Source: Chrysomallon squamiferum
Taxonomy: Eukaryota; Animalia; Mollusca
Assembly: GCA_012295275.1 (NCBI GenBank)
Contig: CM022673.1
Span: 11,656,001-11,720,000, forward strand
Direction of reading: 5' to 3'
Length of the DNA: 64,000 nucleotides
Shown here: positions 51,001-64,000 of the stretch, one piece after another
How positions within the stretch are numbered: the first letter of the stretch is position 1
Layout: each line of letters starts with the position of its first letter
Translations under genes and position numbers: made by a program
Notes under the pieces: model-generated
The model's database searches: none
What the model was told of the DNA's origin: nothing
What the model saw: only the letters and a program-made list of their open reading frames with translations

Positions 51001-54000
51001 ACTATCAGTGGTAATCTAGAAAAATATTTAAAAAACAGAAAAAAAGTGAATATTTAAAAAAAAAAAATTAGTTATATCCATAGTTAGATAGTAATTCCTA
51101 AAAAGTCTTAAAAATCAAATTAAAATCTTTCATTTTTTTGGTCTAAATATTTAAAAATATTGAATATAAAAGATAAAGGTAAAACTAAAGTTTATAAAAT
51201 AAAATAAACAATTTTAAAAAGATCCTTTACTCAGCAATTCCATATTCTCAATTTTTAATTACATTGGTTGTATTATCATATATCCTTGAAATAAAATTTT
51301 CTTAGAATTCAATTTTAGTGTTGTCATAGTTACCGAACTAGTCACTCTAGGTACTGATGGTGGAGGAAGAGGTGCAAGAAAGACAGCAGTGGCTACCTGT
51401 AGAAAAAAAAAATCTTTATAGGTAATAAAACTCAGGTAAAACATACAGTCAATTTGCTGACGAAAATAAAAGATAAACAAGATTCACACGTTATTATTTC
51501 CGTAAATAAAAATACCCATAATATGAAAATTAAAAAGTTGGTAATATTAATGTAAATCTTTTTTACTGTTATATGTGATTATTTGGAAAATATTATTTCA
51601 TAAATAATGTAGAAATTATTTAGAAATTAACATTCATGCATGCGGATGTATGAAGACAGACACACATACACACACACAAACAAAAATATTTTATTGACAA
51701 CAAATAAATTACCCCAACAGATAGCAGCATGGTTTCTCCAACACAGACTTGAACCTTCAAACCAAATAATGCATTCATTCCCTTAATCTGTAAATGAAAA
51801 CAATAATAAAAAATAAAAATATATGATAATAGAATAAGAGAATAAGAAATCATCAGAATTTTTAAATCAAATAATGCATTCATTTGTTTAATCTGTAAAT
51901 GAAAACAATAACTAAAAATAAAAATATATGATAATAGAATAAGAAATCAACAGAATTATCTAACCAAATAATGCATTCATAAAACCTTAATCTATAAAAG
52001 AAAACTGTAATAAAAAATAAAAATAAAAAGGCATGACAACAGAAGGCACGTGACACAAAGACCTATCATCAAATGCAGAGTTTTTAAATGTACTGAAATG
52101 ATTTAATTTGGAAAATCATTTTATACTCACTTTGAGTTTGTTCAACAACTGACTATGAAGTTCATATTCCATAAATGGAAGACTCTGAAATCAGATAATG
52201 TCCGTGTTAAATGAAAATACAGAAACTGGTCAGTATTAAACTAAGTTAAAATCATGATTACAAGGGAATAAAACACTTATTTATTTTTTAAAGGTTAGTC
52301 AATAACAAGAAAAAATAAAAATAAAATAATAATAATAATAAAAAACAAAATGAATAATAATAATAATCACAATAATAATAATAATCATGAAGTAACAAAT
52401 AATTAGAAAATATTTTTTATTGGAATCATAAAAATGACATCAACTGATTTAAAAAAAAATAAAAATTGATACTATCCTGAACTGTAACATTTTTAATATG
52501 TATCAAAATACTTACATCGCTTACTTCTTTGGCACTGTTTTCTCCTTTTGTCTTTAATTTCTGTCTGATTATTCTACAAAAATGGAACAGAAAATAAAGA
52601 TAATTTCAAGCTTCCCAAAAAATTATACAAAAATGGAAGAGAAATATATACATTTATAAATAAAAGAATACATACAATAAATAAGAACTATTAAATCTTT
52701 GACACTACAGAGTCACAGATTATTATGTAAATATAATAAAAAAATTTAATATCAATAATTAATTTAAAAAAAATAATCAAATTACTGTCTTACCTGGCCT
52801 GAATCAGAGTTCCCCTGCCCCAAGTCTGGATGTCATCGGGAAGTTCTAGAGTTGTGAAAAGGACATCAGGAACTCGTTTTCGTCTGCACAGATTTTATTT
52901 ATTTATTAATAAAACAATTTAAAACAATACAAAATAACACTTCGGTATTATGTAATCACATCTGTATTAACATATTTATAAAAAAAATAAAAAAGATAAA
53001 AAAAAATAATTTGGTTTAATGACATCTCAACATCTTTTGTATGACTTGCTATGAAGGACTGATTTTGTGTATACATTTATTGTTTTTAATGATTTATTTG
53101 TAAGTCGTACAAAATATGAAAGTTGCCACCACACTGATGTTAGTTATAATAAAAAGCATTTCATGTAATTATCTTACCTGCAGACAGCACAGGGAGTAAG
53201 AGTGATGTGGAAAGGTAAGCTGTTAGGTTTGTAAGGAATATGGCACTGACTGCAGTTATAAGAACTGTCATCAAAACTGAAATAAATAATAATTGAAAAC
53301 TGAGCTATGGACAAATTTTCAAATTTCATCTTTTCAAAAAAAATCTATTTCTCTGTTATGAATTTAAGAAAATAAGTTGAAAAAAAAATCATAATAACAA
53401 CCAAAAAAAAACAATAATTAAAAAAGATATTTAAATTTAAGAAAAAATAACTTCGAAATACATAAAGATGGCTAAATTTGAAATACATAAACATGGGAAT
53501 GCATTATGTGTATATGTATGTATATGCCTGTCTGTAATAAATATATCTATATCAGTATCAGTATGTACAGTTTTGAATATGTTTTTTAAAAAAGAAAAAA
53601 ACTTCACACAAACCACTCAAAATGTTTCTGTGCTGATTTGTTAGCTAGGTTAATGTCAACATAAAGTTTCTTTTCTTTGTCGCGGGCTGGTGGGACTTTT
53701 TCTGCTGGTGACGACGTCTGTTGAAATGGTGGAGAGTTGGATGTTTTGATACTTGCAGATGGCTGATCAACAGCTAGGAGGTTTATCTTTGCAGCCGTTC
53801 CCATGGCTGACAGAATGATGATCTCCTCACTGCAGACAAAGATTTGTAAATTAACAGATTACCAATACAGTGAAAACAGAATGAGAAAAAGAAACAGAAA
53901 GTGAAAAAGAAATATAACATGTAAATGAGAAAAACAGTTAGTGGAAATACAAGTGAAAATAAACCAAATAAAAAATACAGAAAGGGAAGGAAAGAAAGAG

Positions 54001-56219
54001 AAAAAGAAGAAAGTAGTAAGAGTGATAGGCGGAAATAGTGAAAGACTGAAAGTGAGAAAGTTTTGAAAGAGAGATATATTTATTTAAAAAAAAAAAAAAT
54101 ATATATATATATAATTAAGGTGATTTTTGATCAGATTTAAATACAGGAAATAAAATTGTGACATTAGTTACCTAAAAATAAATTTCTAAGATTTTCTTTC
54201 CTCTAATAAACTATATGCTGTTTATCTCAGGTGTTATTTTTACCTGATTGAAGTTTTCTCTGTGTACCCCAGCACAGCGTGGCAGCCCATGGAGCGGGCG
54301 TGGGACCGGATCTCCATACGAATCTCACTCCACCAGACATCCCTAGTCTCTGGTTCCTCTAAAACAAACAAAATATTAACATTAGTATGTAAGTATAATA
54401 TTTATAATAATTACAAAAAGTATAATAATAGTAACAAATAATAAAATAATAATAATAATAGTAACACATAACAAAATAAGTATTAACATTAATACTACTA
54501 CTACTACTAATAATAATAATAAAACAAAAAACCCCACAAGCACCCATCATAAAATGTACAAAATATATCAGTCCTGGGAATAATAATAATAATAAAAAAA
54601 ATAATTTAAAAATAATTTAAAAAGAAGAAAATAAATTATAAAATATCTTAATAATAAAAATAATAAATTAGATACTCCCTACATCCAAAGAAAGCATGGC
54701 ATATTACACTTCACAGCCTTTGGTACGTACTTAACAATAAAAACCTGGATGGAAAAGAAAACAGCCCAATGGATCAGTTACTGTCAGCAGTTGATTTACA
54801 CATTTTCCTCAATACTTCAGTAAATGAAAAACCTGTAAATGTCTTTGTGTGGGAAGCATATAACTGAACTATACTTGTGGCAGTATGTACAAACATCCCA
54901 CATGAATTTTATAACCTTCCTGGATATCTGGACATTTAAGTTTTCCAAGCACTTACTCCTATAACACTTGCTCTTTTTGAAATAAAACACAACATTAAAC
55001 CAGAGAGAAAAATATTCTAGAATTATCCATTAACTTATTTGATAATTAATACATCTATTTTAGTTACCTGGATTATGAATCTTGTCAAGAAGTTTGACTG
55101 ATCGAGCAGACACAACACCTCCAAGATGAACAATGAACCCAGAAGGAAACTTAGTCATTGTGAAAAAAGGAAACTCCTGTAAACAAACAAATATATTTGA
55201 CAGAAAAACAACAAAACAATTAGTTAGAATTTAAATATTTGGAGGTTTTTATGCTTTAGTGTATGCTCAGTAATATTATATAAAAATAAAATTAATTTAT
55301 AGTCATGAAGAAATGAAAAATAAAATAGAAGAAAAAAAAGAAAAGAAAGAAATAATAATAGTAATAGTAATAATTATAATAATAATAATAGTAAACATAA
55401 TAAAGAACTAACATTTAAATATATTACTTCATAAAAACAAAAATAACAAACATAATAAAGAACTAACATCTAAATCATTTAATCATTATAACAAAAATAG
55501 CAAAAGTAAACAACAATACTGACATTAACAAAAAATAAATAAAAAAAATTCTTACAATAATTCATTTAAATTCAACTGCATTAAAATAACAATATTAACA
55601 GCAAAACAGACAATAATAAATTGTTACTAATAATTCATGTTACTTCATTACAACAATAACAACAATAAATTCTTACTAATAATTCAATGTTGATTTGCTG
55701 ACAGCTCAGTTTGGCACTCAGGGTTAGTTTACTACCACTTCCTGCAGCACTACCACTACCACTACCACTACTGTCTGTGTAGCTGTTACCTAGCAAACAA
55801 CAAAACATTCAGTAAAATTTTCACTGTAAAATTAAACATTTTTCATTGTTACTGCTACCTGCAAAATTAACCAAGTTTTTCATTGATACTGCTACCTGCA
55901 AAATTAAACAAGATTTTCACTAATACTGCTACCTGCAAAATTAAACAAGATTTTCACTAATGGTGCTACCTGCAAAATTAAACAGTAAGAAAGAAAATTT
56001 TTATTTTTATTTTCTATAAAGTAATTTTATTACCTATAAAATTAAACAGTTAAAAAAAACAAAAAAAACCATGATTTTCTTTATCAGTAGATGAACCGTT
56101 ATTATGTACTGAGTTGGAACAAAAGTTGACAGCATTTTTAAAGTGAAATTCAAACAGAAAATATTTAGATATTTGTGATTACATTTATTCAGCTACATAT
56201 GCCATTTTGTTCACCTTTC

Positions 56220-56253
<34 letters not shown>

Positions 56254-58245
56254 ACATATATTTCAGTCACATGTGAAATGAAATCATGCATTCAAATGCC
56301 AATACTGAAAAAATTATTTCAACGTTTGTTTCAACCTAATACTTTCCTGTAGACAGAACAGTACATACCTCTACACTTTGATGACTGGATGGCTCAGAAA
56401 AAAAATGACCCATCATGCTTCGGTCCAATGCTCTAATTATGACCCATGCCCCACTCTTCTTTAATAAACAAAACCTAATTTAATAAAAAAAAAGTTACCT
56501 CTAGGAGGGGAATTCAGGTCAGGTTCTGATGACCTTCGATTGACGGCATTAATGGATACTCTAACTGGCGATGTTGATCGACGCTGATGTTGTTGTGATG
56601 TTGGCGACACTGACGCAGCTACGGTGTCTTCTGGAACGGGAGAACTAGAAGAGAAATTGAAGAAACCGTGACCCGCGTGTGATGGGAAGGAGGCGGGTGC
56701 TGTTGGTGGGGGAGACCCATACAGAATGTGTGGTTGCGGTGATGATGAGGGCGACGCTGTCAGTGGGTACAAGTTCCTGGGGCTAGTCCTGCAGAGACTT
56801 ACTCGTCTTAAACTGGAAAAAATAAAAATAAAAATAAATAAATAAATAAAACTACGATAACATAAAGTAAAGTAAAGTAAAGTAAAGTAAAGTACTATAA
56901 AGTAAAATACTGTAACATAAAGTAAAGTAAAGTAAAGTAACGTAATGTAAAGTAACACAACAAATTAAAGTAAAGAAAAGTAAAGCAAAGTCATGTAAAG
57001 AAAATAACATAACAAATTAAAGTAAAGTAAAGTAAAGTAAAATGAAATAAAATAAAATAAAATGATCATGTAGAGATGACAAAAAAAGAATTATATTAAA
57101 TAAATGTATATATTTTTATTTCTGTATGTGTGTGTATGTGAGTGTAAGTGTACATATATATATAAATTGTGAGTTATGTTTTGTTGTTTAATTAAACTAA
57201 GTATCAGTGGTAATGGAAGTGTGTGTGTAAAAATATAATTAATTGTGTAAAAGACAAAATTAATACATTTAACGTTTAAAACTGTGATGGTAATAATAAT
57301 AAAGACTGGTGAAAGAAAAATATAACATTTCAAAAACAAAAGTAAAAAGAAAATAATTATTAAATTATAAAATCACAAAACCAAAGTAAATAGAAAAAGA
57401 AAAACATTAGTAATTTGTTGAATAAAATTAAAAATTATGAAAATATTTTCATTTGTGTATCAAAAACAGAAGCAAAGTATTCCAAATGGAAATATAAAAT
57501 ATATGTGACCCAGTTAATTTTTATGTACTAAAATACAAGAACAAAAATAGCCTTTACATGATCAGCAAATAATAACATTATATTTGACATATCAAAAAAT
57601 AATAAGAACAAAAAGAAAAAATTAGATATAGAAAAATCTATAAATAATTGTTATTGTGATTTAATTTATATATATATATAAAAATGAATTATTCATATTA
57701 TATATACGAATATTTCAAACACTTCAAACAGTGCAAACACTATAAATATTATAATGTTCAGTGAGTAAATATAACAAATATACTTCTACTTTCTGTACAT
57801 TTCTATATATTTAAAAAAAAATGCTTAGATGCAAATCTTTTTGAATAATAAAGTAAATAAAAAGTTAGCATAAGGAGAAGACAAGAAATAAAAATTAGAG
57901 TATCCATCGATCTGCAAGAATCTGTTATGCTTTCATCATACTTTATTATTTTCAAAGATTTGCATTCACAAACTGCAAAAACTATTTGGAAGTATGTAAA
58001 TTATATTTAAACTATTTGTGAAAACATTCTGCAAAACAAAAAATAAAATCACTTAGAATGAAAAAAAATGACCACACAATGCAAAACTCAACAAACAAAT
58101 CATTGTTTGTTTATGTACAAATACATGCAGATGTTGCCAACATCTTAAGGTGAATTCTCACAGACTAATTTGTAATAACCATTTTCAACTGACTGTTGAA
58201 TTAAAGAATATCTAAATAAACAGTGTCTGCAAAGTCAAAATTTGA

Positions 58246-58279
<34 letters not shown>

Positions 58280-59475
58280 TTTGTAAATTTTTCTTATCTC
58301 TATAATATAATCACTAAACTAAACAATTTATAACTAAATTAATATCAGGATGCAGGTATTTTATGAGTCCTGCCCTCAGAGTTATTTCCCCTTAATATCA
58401 GTGACACAGGTATATATTAAAATTTTAAATTTATTAAAGTTTCAGAAGAAACAGTTCATTTCAAACTGAAAATGCATGCCTACAGATTATTTGTTCTAAT
58501 AACTATATAAATTTCAGTTGATTATATTTTAGTACAAATAATTATTTTCAACTGAATACAATTTAACAGAGTTACTGAAAACATTTTAATACAAAGTATT
58601 CATCTGAAGTGATTAATTTTAATACTACAAAGTATTTGAACTAAAAATATTTTAATACCAAAATTAAATTTGAACTGGATAAAGTTTAGTTCAAACTTTA
58701 AATTTGGATTGAAAACATTTTAGTACTGTTTGAACTAAAAATGTTTTTAGTAAAAGTTATGTCTGAGTTGAATTGGCTTTAGTCAATTTATTCATCTGAA
58801 CTAAATCAGTTTAGTATTACCAGCATTTGAATAATAAATCTTTTAGTATAGAAATCAAATGTGACACCGAATAATATCTTAGTACATAATAAAAATCAGA
58901 ACTAAATATATTATAGCACAAACTGTATATCTGAACTGAAAAGACTTTGAAATTACTGAACAAAGAATATTTATAATAATTATTCGAACTAAAATTGTAA
59001 TAATTATTTGAACTAAAAATATTTATAATAATTATTTGAACTAAAAATATTTATAATAATTATTTGAACTAAAAATACTTAAAATAATTGTAAGTCTGAA
59101 CTGAAACTATAGTTATGAGCCAAATAAATGAAATCAAATTGTTAGTAATAAAACAGAAGAGTTCCATGCAAAATGAAGAATGTGAGACAAAAACACGAAA
59201 GTAACTAAGATAACCTATTAGACATACCAGACAACGTTGATGTAAGCCCTTCCAGGTACTAGGCACAGTGTGACATATATAAAGCAGATAGGAATAATAA
59301 GTTTAATAATTAGTGAATAAAAATATAATAATAAAAATTATATATAATTATATGTAAAAATAAAAAGTGAATAAATATATTTATAATTAGAAAATAAAAT
59401 ATTTATAATAATAATAATGTATTAAAATTAAAAAAGTAAATACAAAAAGAAAATAACAAAAATAAATAAATAAAT

Positions 59476-59531
<56 letters not shown>

Positions 59532-62500
59532 CAATAATGACAATCAGTGAAAATAAATAATAAAATTTATAATAACAATAATTAACGATTTTTTTTTTTT
59601 TTTAAAATTAAATAACATCAAATAATTGTGGAATATACAGAAAACCATGTAGTGGATAAAAAGACATCAAGGGATATAAAAATAATATATACTCATTCAA
59701 AATTGACCTTTACAATTATTAAAACTACTGTTTAAAATAATGTGTGCAGCATTTACCAAGGCAATTAGAAATATATTTTCAATTGAAATTATAAAAAAAT
59801 ATTGGTGGAATAGAACTTGAATGTAAGTTAAAGGCCCCTGAAATATTGCTGTGGAAAAACAAAAAACCTATGACAATATAAATACTAGTGATAACCGCAG
59901 AGACAGTAAATACATTTATATATAATAACAGTATTAATAAAGGTATAAATACAAATATATAAAGAGTAATATAAAAAAGATACCATACACCAATATATAG
60001 ATGTAAATGAAACATGCTTTATATAATATCTGGGTTAATATTCAAATATTACTTTTGATATTTCATAGATATTCACTGTAAAAAGTGAGTTTGGTCCATT
60101 TTTTTTTTTTTTTTTTTTTTACTATGTTTTATTCTGTCACTGAAATTTAATAATAATTATTTATCAAACCTTATTACCACTTTATTGTTATGACAGCTTT
60201 CAGTTTAGTTTGAAAATAATTAAAAGCATGTATCATGCTTGGACTACATGCTAGAGAACTAGTGTTGGAATGGTAAAATACCCTGATATACCTGATCATG
60301 TTATTTCTTCAAGTGATAATAACAATATGCAGAGCTGATACAAGGATATAATAATGATTCCATAATTTAACCCTTGGTTGGAATGGTAAAATATTCTGAC
60401 ATACCTAATCAAGTTTTTTCTACAGTGATCAATATAATCTACAGAGCTAGTATAAAGATATAATAATGATTCCATAATTTAACATTGTGTGTTTCCTAAC
60501 AACAGCAAATATTTTCAGATTTAACTTTTCTTCTGAATGTTTTTAATTTCGAAATTCAACATTAATTATACTCTCTACTGAATAGCAACTCTACCACTGT
60601 TAGTATCCAACTGTTTGTATTACATCTAATTTTAGTGACTATGAATGTGTTCTGGAAATAATAAAAGATGCACAAGATCATCCAATGCATATTAATTATG
60701 CACTTTGTTTTTATCACAGGTTAAATTGTACTGTTATACAAACAGGCATATAAAATAAAGAGGTTCACAGTCTCTTTCTTTGTTTATTAAAAAATAAATT
60801 TGTGTGATGAACCTTTTCAAGAACTCTTAAACATCAAAATTTAGAAAAAACATATTTATAGTTAATGTTATCCATTAAGTTTTATGAAAGACATTTACAC
60901 AGAAATGGTTAAATGATTACGAATCTGACTTCTGATTGACATTATTTAAACAGGTTTGTTTTTTAAGTAATCATGTTGATTCTTAGTCCTGAGGTAGTTC
61001 ATTAATAATAAATAATAATGTAGAGATGTTTTATAAATAATAAATAATAAATAATAGTGTAGAGATGTTTTATAAATAATAAATAATAGTGCTGAGGTGT
61101 TTTATAAAAAATAAATAATAGTGTAGGGTGTTTTATAAATAATAATAAAAAAATAATACAGAAGTATTTTATACATAATGAAAAATACTGGAGAGGTTTA
61201 CTATAAATAATTCTAAAAATATAGTGTGGTGTATTTACTTACTCTTTATGAGGTGATATTCCATGTGGGGATAGCTGACCACATGACTTCATTAGTGTTA
61301 CAGAAGTCCCAATTCCTCGCACTACAATCCCTGATTCTCCTTCCAAGTCAAAGCACTGCTGATATCTGAAACAAATATTGGTAAGAAATAAGTAAAGATT
61401 TCCATATATTTAAATATTAAGTTATGAATGTACACACTAAGTTTAAAATGGTTAAATGTTTACTCAAAGACATATCAGCACAAATCAAGATTAACAATTA
61501 ACAGTTAAAAAATGTCTGTGAAAGGTTAAAATGAATAAGTATTTATATATCTACATTTCAGGATATTTTAATTTCAAACAGCAGAACTATCTATAATAGG
61601 AATGATATTAAAATTAATTCATTAATTCAAAAAAAAATACAACAACAACAAAACAACAGTTAATTCATATATTTTTATTTATTTCAGGATATTTCAGTTA
61701 CAGATTATTAATATATCTGAAACAAGGTTTAATGAACTAATTGGCATTTATAACTAAATCCAACATATGTCAATACTATATTAGCAAACTAAATATATTA
61801 TTTTTATGTGATGAAAATAAATCTCTCTGCTCTCATTGCCTATAGAAAAATCTGTTGCTCAGTATATAAAATAAACTTAGAATACATTTTGACTATTTCT
61901 GCATCTCTCCACTTTAACAGTACTGTATTTATCTTCAGAGTTCTCACAAAACACAAATCACATATCAGTTGTTTACAAATCTCACCCTATGACAGCATTA
62001 CCACAAAGTTCAAGGACTTTCACTCCAATCTTCCTTTGTAATTCTCCTGGAAAAAAAAAAAAAAAAAAGGAAGTTGATTCCATATAAACTACATTTTAAT
62101 TACAGTTTGGAATCAATGAATAATAAGAAAGGATTTATTAAAAATCCAGACAAGCTGCCACATACCTGATAGTTTTGAAAATAGTTTTTGTCGAGCCTCA
62201 TTTGAAGCCCTTGGTGTACGAATCTTGTCAATCCACTGGTACTCGGGGTCGTCATTGACAACCAGCTCCTCTACAAAACCCTGGATACCAAGCAACTGAT
62301 GATTGGCTGGTAACTCAGCAGCTGGAAACAAATGGAAAAAAACGAGAGATATGAATGAAAAAAAAAAATTGTTTTCTTTTTTCTTACTTTATTAATAACT
62401 TATAACTTTATTAGTTCATATAAGTGTTACTTACAGCAGTACAGTCACTACAATTATATTATTATTACTTTTACTTATACTACTGCTGCTACTACTCTTT

Positions 62501-63484
62501 TTAACATCATTAAACTATTATTAGTAACAACATTATTACTATTTTATTATTATTAAAGATTTTAAATTATAAAACAAAAAAATGCATTTAATGTTTTATA
62601 TTTATATTTTCATGATCAATATTAAACATTAACAATTATGGAATTGAAATAATTATTATTAAGTACAAAAGCTGCATTTTCAAACCACAACACATACATA
62701 TTGTTAACATAACATGTAAATAATAGCATTAACCTTTCAAGTAGAAAATGTTTGCAGATAAAGTTAAAAAGTTTGTTACACAAGTGACTCACTGCAGAAA
62801 AACTGAATTCCACAAGACGACTGTTTGAATCTGTTGAAATCAGTGAAAAGTTCAACTTTGACCAACACATTTAGTTCTCCTCTGACACCTGCAAAATATC
62901 AAACATCTCTTTAGACAATCACTCATTATCTGAATAATTCTTATTTAGTTTTCTTCATTACTCAATCACTCGCAATCATCTGGATAATAACTGAAAAAGA
63001 GAAATAAAATTTTGGTTTAAAAATAAAGAGATAAAAGGCACCAACCATGCATTGTGTCATATATTGGAAACCAGCCACTAATGAGATGCGGGTCAGTTCG
63101 GGTCAGGAGAGGTTTGAGATCAATGTACACTTTTCCTATGACATCGTGAGCAGAATATGTATCATAGTCCAATACCCTGAAATATTTTGATATATTATGA
63201 ATGTAATAATAACAAATTGTAACATTATGTCTGTATGTTTGAGTATTTATGAATTTACGTAAAATGTCTCTCAATTTTGAATCATGGTATATGAATAAAT
63301 ATTCCCTTTGAATAGTAGTATCATCTGGCAAGTCTGTTATTAATGATAATATGTTATAAAAAGAATGAACACAGTGGCTGTAGACATGAGAAAGATATCA
63401 TTTATTTATTAATAGCAAGAGTTAAGATCCATTACTCTGTAAATTGTTTCAAGCTGTTATAAAGTGCTTGCATTTTAAATATAT

Positions 63485-63561
<77 letters not shown>

Positions 63562-63645
63562 GTGAGTGAGTGGAGAGTGTGTGTTTTCTAAATTGTTTAT
63601 TTACCGTAATTCAAGGGATTCATCTTGCAGTACTTCGTCATCAAC
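45075..63645 (-). CDS. C2CD5: C2 calcium-dependent domain-containing protein 5 (CDP138/KIAA0528); 5' end lies beyond the window
   Basis: In-frame GT-AG exons: 63605-63645, 63046-63176, 62793-62888, 62166-62321, 61986-62046, 61243-61365, 56499-56812, 55677-55789, 55068-55176, 54244-54358, 53614-53829, 53178-53276, 52794-52883, 52516-52573, 52131-52184, 51713-51787, 51334-51396, 50917-51015, 50601-50708, 49994-50122, 49368-49454, 48659-48748, 47698-47794, 47183-47248, 46717-46769, 46150-46278, 45529-45675, 45075-45200 (TGA). Diagnostic peptides: VLDYDTYSAHDVIGKVYIDL, GWFPIYDTMHG, VEELVVNDDPEYQWIDKIRTPRASNEARQ, HLGGVVSARSVKLLD, LPFMEYELH, FFIRESTSLRE. Confidence 0.95.
48055..48185 (-). mobile_element. 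Decayed gastropod SINE-like fragment
   Basis: atggtgtcataaatat.gtttaagatca...ataatgagaaaggaaac...cagcagcaagg..ttttaaaggtacc.tccc resembles the antisense of the same recalled SINE body. Not database-verified. Confidence 0.35.
51764..52025 (-). repeat. ~100-bp triplication spanning a C2CD5 acceptor and exon start
   Basis: aaataatgcattcat..ttaatct(g/a)taaa.gaaaac..taa..aaaaataaaaata occurs three times; the first copy contains the functional exon boundary at 51787. Confidence 0.9.
54665..54800 (-). mobile_element. Decayed gastropod SINE-like fragment (related piece at 56345-56415)
   Basis: cacagcctttggtac...ctggatggaaaagaaaacagcccaatgg shares the ctggatgg..agaaaa..ccca layout with 56345-56415. 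Confidence 0.35.
55845..56050 (-). repeat. ~37-bp tandem repeat of acceptor-like units next to a C2CD5 exon
   Basis: tactgctacctgcaaaattaaacaagattttcactaa x4 plus one decayed copy; the minus strand reads ttaattttgcag|GTAGCAGTA. Confidence 0.9.
56860..57062. repeat. (AAAGT)n pentanucleotide satellite
   Basis: Directly visible; forms the pyrimidine-rich region before the 56812 acceptor on the minus strand. Confidence 0.9.
58500..59105. repeat. Degenerate ~28-bp tandem array
   Basis: taattatttgaactaaaaatatttataa is near-perfect at 59000-59080 and decays leftwards (gaact.aaaa.attttag/a units). Confidence 0.75.
60266..60484. repeat. ~112-bp tandem duplication
   Basis: ttggaatggtaaaata..ctga.atacct.atca.gtt...cagagct...gatataataatgattccataatttaac occurs twice. 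Confidence 0.85.
61005..61235. repeat. ~30-bp degenerate tandem array next to a C2CD5 donor
   Basis: aataaataatagtgtagagatgttttataaat units. Confidence 0.75.
63489..63572. repeat. (GA)n/(GAGT)n microsatellite
   Basis: Directly visible. Confidence 0.95.
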
Positions 63646-64000
63646 CTAAAAAACAGTTATATAAGATTAATTGATCTCTTAAGCAGTAGTCTGTAATAGT
63701 AATAACAGAGAAGTTTTGTTAATGAACAATCAATAAAAAGACAATAAAAAAAATGTTAAAATTAATAGAATAAAAATGTGTATTTAATTTAAAAATGGAT
63801 ATAAAAGAGATTTAACTTCTTTGTTTAAACTGTTCTTAATTAAAAAAAACAAATTTCAGTAACATCTGTCATTGGTCTTTATAAACATTTGAATCATTTT
63901 TATGTACTTACATATGCATGCATCCACAGAGATCTTGATTTAAATTTTAAAACTTACAATTAGTTGAAAAGTTACCTTTTTCATCATATTTTAAATTTTC

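Overview
AT-rich, intron- and microsatellite-rich animal genomic DNA, probably a lophotrochozoan (gastropod-like, inferred from repeat content and not proven). Five protein-coding genes can be reconstructed by splicing. (1) The 5' part of a LOXHD1-like multi-PLAT gene on the minus strand (start about 31283, running off the left edge, 8 PLAT domains visible). (2) A gene nested antisense in its 14.3-kb intron, encoding a secreted 792-aa protein: signal peptide, angiopoietin-like CxxxFxVP motif, coiled coils, an N-glycosylated Thr-rich stalk and a C-terminal TARSH/ABI3BP/FNDC1-type domain, with no FN3 repeats. (3) FoxM1 (minus) head-to-head with (4) RHNO1/RHINO (plus, via a GC-AG intron) on a shared CCAAT/CHR promoter, the same arrangement as in human. 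(5) C2CD5 (minus, 5' end beyond the right edge). A recurring oddity is that several introns carry tandem 'echo' copies of their own splice junction. Mariner and SINE-like relics, two hairpins and several tandem arrays are also present. Homology calls rest on motifs recalled from known proteins; no database search was run.
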